The position numbers and the translations under genes are program-made. From an uncultured virus (IMG/VR IMGVR_UViG_3300028364_000031) (Duplodnaviria; Heunggongvirae; Uroviricota; Caudoviricetes): a DNA stretch of 20,000 nt. The notes under the pieces are model-generated. The model ran no database searches. It was not told the DNA's origin and worked only from the letters and a program-made list of their open reading frames with translations. The DNA lies in the IMG/VR virus record IMGVR_UViG_3300028364_000031, one strand, 5' to 3'. Each line of letters opens with the position of its first letter. The stretch's first letter is position 1. Positions 15,007-20,000 of this stretch are shown here, one piece after another.

Positions 15007-15035
15007 ATATTACTATCTTATTTCCAATCTGTCAA
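15007..15035 (-). promoter_or_regulatory. Sigma70-type promoter of the large ncRNA
   Basis: TTGACA-17nt-TAATAT; predicted start near 15000. Confidence 0.8.
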
Positions 15036-15063
15036 CTCTTTTTTGAACTTTTTTCACTTTATT

Positions 15064-15345
15064 TTATTGGGAATAGTTTTTTATGATTTCTTCACCGATA
15101 GAAAGTTGGGTTTCGAACGTATCACCACCCATTTCCATTTTAACTCGAAGAACCCCATACCTTCCTTTAGATATATGTGCTTCCTTTACTCTGAGGGTGA
15201 CCTGTTCAAGTGCTTCGGCCATAAACCTTTCAAGTATATGACCCGGACAGTTGTCCGGGTCGGGTAGATAACACTTAGTCATAAAGTCGGCCAAGCTGGC
15301 TTTAACAAAACCATCTAAGTCCTCCACATAGCGCTCCAGTTTCAT
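15064..15345 (-). CDS. Hypothetical protein
   Basis: 93 aa, TAATG coupling to the vWA gene. Confidence 0.75.
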   Translation of the reverse strand: MKLERYVEDLDGFVKASLADFMTKCYLPDPDNCPGHILERFMAEALEQVTLRVKEAHISKGRYGVLRVKMEMGGDTFETQLSIGEEIIKNYSQ

Positions 15346-15938
15346 TACTGGTTGGAAGCCCTATAACTAGCTACAGTTTGACTCATGTCTACATATGCAG
15401 CACTTACACCGTCGGCTGTTGCCCTAAAGTTAATATTGTTGGAGATGCCTCTACTGGCACCTTCCTCAAATGCATCTTGATTTGCCGCTAGATATACAAT
15501 CTGCCAACCTTTTTCGCCTTCAGCTTTCTGTATCATCTCTTTAATCTGATAATTGTTATATTCCTTACTGGCATTTTCCATACCATCGGTTATAATACAG
15601 ATAATAGCTTTTTCAGGATTCTTTTGCATCAATGTGCTTATGGCTTTACCAATTGCATCATTCATAGCAGTCATCCCTCTAGGACCAATAGTTTTTAATG
15701 GTTGTACTTCGGCTAATGGTACAGAATTGAGTTTTACCTCATATTGATCATCAAATAACACTAGAGTTAGATTTGCATCACCCTCTACCGCTTTCTGTTC
15801 GGTGAGGAAAGTGTTGAATCCTCCAACCGCATCAGATTCGATACTGGACATTGATCCTGATCTATCCGCAATAATTAAAATTTCTACGGCATCATTTTCT
15901 GTAAATTTAAACGGGACGTACTCTGCGTACTCTGACAT
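15345..15938 (-). CDS. von Willebrand factor A (vWA) domain protein
   Basis: MIDAS motifs DRSGSM, GMTAMNDA and IITDGMEN; AAGGAG RBS. Confidence 0.92.
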   Translation of the reverse strand: MSEYAEYVPFKFTENDAVEILIIADRSGSMSSIESDAVGGFNTFLTEQKAVEGDANLTLVLFDDQYEVKLNSVPLAEVQPLKTIGPRGMTAMNDAIGKAISTLMQKNPEKAIICIITDGMENASKEYNNYQIKEMIQKAEGEKGWQIVYLAANQDAFEEGASRGISNNINFRATADGVSAAYVDMSQTVASYRASNQ

Positions 15939-16023
15939 AGTTTTTCTCCTTAAGTAATATATTCAAAGTTCAAATGTTCAGAGGATTCGAGCCTCTAGGT
16001 TCTAAGACCACATTTGAACATAT

Positions 16024-16052
16024 AGTGTATATTCTTTGAAGAAGTTTGTAAA
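16024..16052 (-). promoter_or_regulatory. Sigma70-type promoter
   Basis: TTTACA-17nt-TACACT. Confidence 0.6.
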
Positions 16053-16054
16053 GA

Positions 16055-16196
16055 TGAGGAAGTGTAAAGGATTCGAACCTTTAAGCAGAGATTTAGTATA
16101 AAATTATACTCTATTGTAAGAGGACTGGTCCCAAAGTCTAGGCTTGGAACCATATAACATTATTACTGGGCCTTATACCGACCTTATAACACTTCC
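16055..16196 (-). ncRNA. Expanded tRNA-like RNA (142 nt)
   Basis: GGAAGTGT/ACACTTCC terminal stem and T arm AAAGG-TTCGAAT-CCTTT. The ~105-nt interior has hairpins TGGTTCCAA/TTGGGACCA and AGTATAA/TTATACT. Confidence 0.65.
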
Positions 16197-16204
16197 ATGG
16201 TATT

Positions 16205-16280
16205 TGGTGGAGCCAGTCGGGATCGAACCGACGACCTCTTGATTGCAAATCAAGTGCTCTCCCAACTGAGCTATGACCCC
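16205..16280 (-). tRNA. tRNA-Ala(TGC), canonical
   Basis: GGGGTCA/TGGCTCC acceptor with G3:U70, CTTGA-TTTGCAA-TCAAG anticodon arm, ACCA end. Confidence 0.95.
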
Positions 16281-16282
16281 TA

Positions 16283-17269
16283 TTATTGTTCTAAATGTCT
16301 AACAATGCGTTCTATCCGTGGTCTCAAAAATTTAACACCACCAGAATCTCTAACTTCTAGTTCACATGATAATAATCCGGTGAACATTTCAAATTTACCT
16401 TCTATGTTTTTAATTGTATAGTCCACTTTGCTAATTGATGTTGGGTAATTGTGGGTATACCTTGGTGATGGGCTTTTATGATAAATGTCCTTGAACCATC
16501 CAGTAACTTCAACCTGACCACCAGAGCCACAGCGTTCAACCGCAAAAATGTTGTTCCATAGATCAGTGCGCTCTACTGGAGTCAGTGAGGATGATTCCAG
16601 CCCTCTAATAATTTGTAATACCGTGGATCGGGCTTTATTTAAATACTGACCAACCTCCGTGCCCCCAAAAACTTCGTTTGAAGAGAGCTTGATTATTGTG
16701 TCATGTATATTCTTCCAATCACTAGATGTTCCTACCACCCGTATTTTAGGAAACCCGCACATGTACATTGAATATGTATAATATGGACTAACTATATCCC
16801 CAAATGAACTCATAGCCGCAAAATCATATAGCGTGTCAAATGTATTCATTTCTGGAAAAAATAGTGAATGATCAACATTTATTTTATTTTTCAGTTTGTT
16901 AGTAATCCTATCAATGGCTAATACGATACTGCCACCAGATTCTACCAATATTTCTTCTTTATCATCACTATCGGTAAAGAATTTTCTATAGTCTTCGGGA
17001 TTTTCTGAAACAATAGTAGCAATTTCACCCAACACAGTCAACCACACGTTTTCATGGGTTAGATATATTCCTTTGTGTGCATTGTATGCCATTTCAAAAT
17101 ATTGCATATGTCCTAATACTGGGATACTCCCCTGATTAGATTCATGAACAATTTTGCCCTTTCCATAGATCAAATCATTCATTTTGTTTGAGTTTTTTGT
17201 AGAGTTTACTCCATCTATGTACGATAAGCTTGTGTTTAAATCGAATTCTGTTATAAAATTATTATTCAT
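16283..17269 (-). CDS. DUF4419 domain protein
   Basis: AYNAH..L....VWLT, CGFPKIRVVGTSSDW and GSGG..VTGW motifs. Confidence 0.8.
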   Translation of the reverse strand: MNNNFITEFDLNTSLSYIDGVNSTKNSNKMNDLIYGKGKIVHESNQGSIPVLGHMQYFEMAYNAHKGIYLTHENVWLTVLGEIATIVSENPEDYRKFFTDSDDKEEILVESGGSIVLAIDRITNKLKNKINVDHSLFFPEMNTFDTLYDFAAMSSFGDIVSPYYTYSMYMCGFPKIRVVGTSSDWKNIHDTIIKLSSNEVFGGTEVGQYLNKARSTVLQIIRGLESSSLTPVERTDLWNNIFAVERCGSGGQVEVTGWFKDIYHKSPSPRYTHNYPTSISKVDYTIKNIEGKFEMFTGLLSCELEVRDSGGVKFLRPRIERIVRHLEQ

Positions 17270-17301
17270 GTTTAATTTCCTTCTCCATAGTCAATACATT
17301 C

Positions 17302-17331
17302 ATTATAGCATGAAACATGTATTTTGTGCAA
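17302..17331 (-). promoter_or_regulatory. Sigma70-type promoter with extended -10
   Basis: TTGCAC-18nt-TATAAT with TGc immediately before the -10. Confidence 0.7.
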
Positions 17332-17380
17332 GTAACTAACATACACTATTAATTAGTATTGAGTGGATTGGAAATTGAAT

Positions 17381-17457
17381 TGGTAGCGGGGGCAGGATTC
17401 GAACCTGCGACCTTCGGATTATGAACCCGACGAGATGCCAGACTTCTCCACCCCGCA
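17381..17457 (-). tRNA. Initiator tRNA-fMet(CAT)
   Basis: 1:72 mismatch, GCGGGG acceptor strand, TCGGG-TTCATAA-TCCGA anticodon arm, ACCA end. Confidence 0.92.
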
Positions 17458-17480
17458 ATTCTTTTTAGTAAAAGGTAAAG

Positions 17481-17666
17481 TTAGAAACGACTAACGTACC
17501 ATTCTGCAACTTTCCCGTAAAGGTATTGATATGCGCCTACTGGCCATCTTGACGCTGGGGCGATAGCTTCTGATATGCTTTCACCGTGACGTAGTACTCG
17601 ATAACCAGTGTTTGCAATAGCACCCACGATGTAAATAATGACGATCCAAAATAAAGAGTTTAACAT
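17481..17666 (-). CDS. Small membrane protein
   Basis: 61 aa with N-terminal hydrophobic helix and AAGGA RBS. Confidence 0.75.
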   Translation of the reverse strand: MLNSLFWIVIIYIVGAIANTGYRVLRHGESISEAIAPASRWPVGAYQYLYGKVAEWYVSRF

Positions 17667-17700
17667 AATAAAGTTTCCTTTTGTGATTTATATTCGTATT

Positions 17701-17708
17701 TATTTATA
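17701..17708 (-). promoter_or_regulatory. T4-type late promoter
   Basis: Exact TATAAATA about 35 nt upstream of the 17666 start. Confidence 0.55.
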
Positions 17709-17813
17709 CAGAGCTAGAGACTCTGCTAATTAATTCATCTTTCGTTTATTACCGTATACTTTTGTAATTTTTTCTTTGGTTGTACTTTTTTGAGTAGTCG
17801 TAACCATAATGAC

Positions 17814-18161
17814 TTAATCATGCTCTACTCCTTTTTCATTAATAAGATTTTTCATATCTTCAAGCATCACAACAGTGGCTTGGGGAATGCTATTCTCACA
17901 CATGTGAGCGAGTACTCCAACGTTGTAGACAGATATTCTACCTTCACCATTCTTATAACATTTATACACACTTCCAGAGAAACCATGAATCAAATAATAT
18001 TCTTCATGTTCTTCTATCTTTTTTATTCCACTATTCCGTCTCCAAGAGTCTCCATCAAGGTATCCCCCTGAGAAGCTACCGAAGACATAGTAGTCTGTCT
18101 TGCTATCAAGAACTTGCTCAATGATATTCCAACCATTGGGTGTATGTATGTCATCTAACAT
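17814..18161 (-). CDS. Conserved hypothetical phage protein
   Basis: FSGGYLDGDSWRRNSGI and GFSGSVYKC motifs; AGGAG RBS. Confidence 0.85.
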   Translation of the reverse strand: MLDDIHTPNGWNIIEQVLDSKTDYYVFGSFSGGYLDGDSWRRNSGIKKIEEHEEYYLIHGFSGSVYKCYKNGEGRISVYNVGVLAHMCENSIPQATVVMLEDMKNLINEKGVEHD

Positions 18162-18222
18162 AACTATCTCCTATATTATTGGGGTAGTATATCAGCCTTG
18201 GTTATTGTTGTCAAGGATAATT

Positions 18223-18298
18223 TGGTGGAACCAGCAGGATTCGAACCTGCGACTCTTCGATTATCAGTCGAAAACTCTGACCACTGAGTTATGGTTCC
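18223..18298 (-). tRNA. tRNA-Ile(GAT)
   Basis: GGAACCA/TGGTTCC acceptor, TTCGA-CTGATAA-TCGAA anticodon arm, ACCA end. Confidence 0.95.
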
Positions 18299-18305
18299 TT
18301 AAAAT

Positions 18306-18382
18306 TGGTGGAAACGGTCGGAATCGAACCGACAACAGAGTACTTGCAAAGAACTCTCGCTACCCTTAGAACATGCGTCCCC
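18306..18382 (-). tRNA. tRNA-Ala(TGC), atypical D arm
   Basis: GGGGACG/CGTTTCC acceptor with G3:U70, loop TTTGCAA, GTCGG-TTCGATT-CCGAC T arm, ACCA end. Confidence 0.8.
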
Positions 18383-18395
18383 AATGTTTAATGTT

Positions 18396-18471
18396 TGGTA
18401 CAAGGTACTGGGATCGAACCAGTTTCTTTGGTTTTTCAAACCAACGCTATGACCACACTAGCTCACCTTGC
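18396..18471 (-). tRNA. tRNA-Phe(GAA)
   Basis: GCAAGGT/ACCTTGT acceptor, TTGGT-TTGAAAA-ACCAA anticodon arm, ACCA end. Confidence 0.92.
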
Positions 18472-18535
18472 ATTGTGATAATATTTTGCACATTATTATA
18501 CAAAATTGACAATTTGCACTATAGTATGCAAATTG

Positions 18536-18871
18536 CTACTTACTTTCAATTGTCGCGAACTCTACAATTTCATAACCGCGTTCCCGCAAATGTGCTTCAA
18601 GCATGGCTTCTGTTGTTGCTCCATGTCGATTTTTTGTTAATGGTTCAACAGAGTTGTTTACAATGAAATCTGCCATGTGGGCAATGGTGAAGGATGGGGT
18701 AACTCCACAAGGTTTAAGAAAATTGTGTTCTCTAATTCTAGCAGAAAGTTCTGGAGTCAGGTTCATGTCATGGACATAATAGATATAAATCCCTAAATCA
18801 TCCTTTAACTTTATGTACATTGATTGTCTTGGTGTAGCTCTATTCATTGCTGACTTGCTCCTTTTCTCCAA
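18536..18871 (-). CDS. Hypothetical protein (start uncertain)
   Basis: Up to 111 aa, overlaps the upstream gene and is followed by the hairpin CAATTTGCA/TGCAAATTG. Confidence 0.65.
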   Translation of the reverse strand: MEKRSKSAMNRATPRQSMYIKLKDDLGIYIYYVHDMNLTPELSARIREHNFLKPCGVTPSFTIAHMADFIVNNSVEPLTKNRHGATTEAMLEAHLRERGYEIVEFATIESK

Positions 18872-19061
18872 GCTTTTCGTTCCATTTACGCATCCAGCGC
18901 ATCAGATACATTCCATTTTCTGTTCTTTTGAATGTTGCCGAACCGAGGTCACTTTCTGGAACTGGGAACAGGTCACCATTACAGGTTTCATACCACATGG
19001 CCCCATCTCGGAAATATCTGAATTCTACGTCACTTTTTACAACTTCTACTAATTTAATCAT
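18840..19061 (-). CDS. Conserved small phage protein
   Basis: F.YFRDG.MWY.T..G..FPVP..D.G.ATF...LMRW.RK motif; AAGGA RBS. Confidence 0.85.
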   Translation of the reverse strand: MIKLVEVVKSDVEFRYFRDGAMWYETCNGDLFPVPESDLGSATFKRTENGMYLMRWMRKWNEKLGEKEQVSNE

Positions 19062-19083
19062 TTTGTAATTCCTTATTATGTAC

Positions 19084-19443
19084 TCATGTTAGCAGTTTTA
19101 AATGCTTCAAACCTTCTGCCAACTCCATTGGGATTGGTCCTATTCCTACGCAAGTTTGTGTGGGTCCCCCAAAAACCGTAAACCCGGAATCTACCACTTT
19201 GGTTATTCCACAAACATCCATATACTTGGAATACAATTCTTCTAGCTCTATTTGTGTATCCACCGCGCAAGTGATCTTAAAAGCGTGATCGGAGTTTTTA
19301 TACGCTTCAGCATATTCTGGAAACCTCTTTTCGGAATCCCAATAAGCATGTAAAAAAGCGTGACCAGCTTGTGAAGTCATTTTACCTCGAATACCATTCA
19401 TTTCTTTAAGAGCTTCTTTAGAAAATATGCAATACATCTTCAT
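19084..19443 (-). CDS. pth2: Peptidyl-tRNA hydrolase, Pth2 family
   Basis: GKMTSQAGHA, KI and VVDSGFT....T.TCVGIGP motifs. Confidence 0.92.
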   Translation of the reverse strand: MKMYCIFSKEALKEMNGIRGKMTSQAGHAFLHAYWDSEKRFPEYAEAYKNSDHAFKITCAVDTQIELEELYSKYMDVCGITKVVDSGFTVFGGPTQTCVGIGPIPMELAEGLKHLKLLT

Positions 19444-19646
19444 TATTCTTCATCCTTCTTTGAACGGTTTAATGCGTCAACTAATACCTCTGCTTGTCCA
19501 TAATTGGACACCGGGTAAAACGCTGTACATCTTCTACCCTCTATATCCCTAAAAACGTGGCAAACCATAATTTCAGGGTCGCAATTTGGGGCGACTTCAG
19601 CCTCATATAATTTCGCACTTTCCGTATAATCAAATTTTAATGTCAT
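19443..19646 (-). CDS. Hypothetical protein
   Basis: 67 aa, AGGA RBS, TAATG coupling to pth2. Confidence 0.75.
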   Translation of the reverse strand: MTLKFDYTESAKLYEAEVAPNCDPEIMVCHVFRDIEGRRCTAFYPVSNYGQAEVLVDALNRSKKDEE

Positions 19647-19655
19647 AAATAATTC

Positions 19656-19712
19656 CTATTTTATTTCCTCGTATGTGGACCATATCGCATTACACAACCA
19701 ACAGGAGTATGC
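19656..19712 (-). pseudogene. Probable 3' remnant of a Zn-ribbon gene interrupted by the IS
   Basis: Reads AYSCWLCNAIWSTYEEIK* directly after the IS right end. Confidence 0.45.
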
Positions 19713-19731
19713 TTTGACACCCACCCCATGT

Positions 19732-19923
19732 CTAAAGACAGGGGATTCCTCCAACGAGACGCCCATGTCCGAGCGCAAGGATATTGATAGCTGCGTTTAT
19801 ATCGCGATAGTGTTGGACACCACATCCAGCACACTGTCAATCCCTCTCATTCAAACCTGATAATCCTTTCGGGCCGGATTTTATTCCACATCCTGAACAG
19901 GTTTGGGTGGTATATGACTCATT
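19732..19923 (-). pseudogene. tnpB: tnpB 3' fragment (Zn ribbon plus RuvC-III) with in-frame stop
   Basis: NESYTTQTCSGCGIKSGPKGLSGLNERD*QCAGCGVQHYRDINAAINILALGHGRLVGGIPCL*; TGA at 19837-19839 where Trp is usual. Confidence 0.88.
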
Positions 19924-19950
19924 ATACAGTTATTAGTTATCTAATGTCAA
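19921..19950 (-). promoter_or_regulatory. Consensus sigma70 promoter inside the IS
   Basis: TTGACA-18nt-TATAAT. Confidence 0.8.
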
Positions 19951-20000
19951 GCATTATTGCACCTTATATCCCCATAGCTGAAGCAAGGGGATTTACGGCG

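Larger units (their letters stand above)
19714..20000 (-). mobile_element. Internally deleted, non-autonomous IS200/IS605-family element (tnpB remnant)
   Basis: Left-end hairpin ATCCCCTTGCTTCAGCTATGGGGAT and right-end hairpin ATCCCCTGTCTTTAGACATGGGG followed by TCAA; tnpB C-terminus lies between them. Confidence 0.85.

Noticed and set aside
15345..15938. vWA protein as Ro60/TROVE partner of the Y-like RNAs
   Set aside because: It is a stand-alone 197-aa vWA domain without the TROVE helical domain
16055..16196. tmRNA or tRNA-Sec
   Set aside because: Too short for tmRNA, with no G3:U70 or tag frame; no UCA anticodon arm is evident despite the GGAAG start and 8-bp stem
19837..19839. TGA-to-Trp (or TAG) genetic-code reassignment
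   Set aside because: TGA and TAG end well-formed genes elsewhere in the window, tRNA-Trp is CCA and no suppressor tRNA is present; the stop is simple pseudogenisation

Overview
AT-rich segment of a large T4-like/jumbo-type myophage genome, read in the standard genetic code. Bases 1-1350 (+) hold the end of a probable virion-gene block. The rest is mostly a minus-strand accessory and tRNA region with sigma70-type promoters. It carries ten apparently intact tRNAs (Pro, Ala x3, Glu, Ser, Trp, fMet, Ile, Phe), a five-gene glycan-modification cassette, a truncated RNA ligase, and DUF550, vWA, DUF4419 and Pth2 genes among many small hypothetical genes. The window is unusually rich in tRNA-derived non-coding RNA: (i) two tandem ~213-nt structured modules, each with a tRNA core whose anticodon loop has collapsed; (ii) a perfect 35-nt CCA-ended minihelix and an acceptor-only microhelix; (iii) three tandem Y-RNA-like units, one holding a circularly permuted tRNA-Lys(UUU); (iv) an ~880-nt GOLLD-like RNA with an embedded tRNA-Leu(CAA); (v) a 142-nt expanded tRNA-like RNA. 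Several small accessory genes carry fragments resembling portal, major capsid, tail sheath and virion proteins. The window ends in an internally deleted IS200/IS605 (tnpB) element reduced to a promoter plus the omega-RNA region. All family assignments are from motif recognition by eye; no searches were run.
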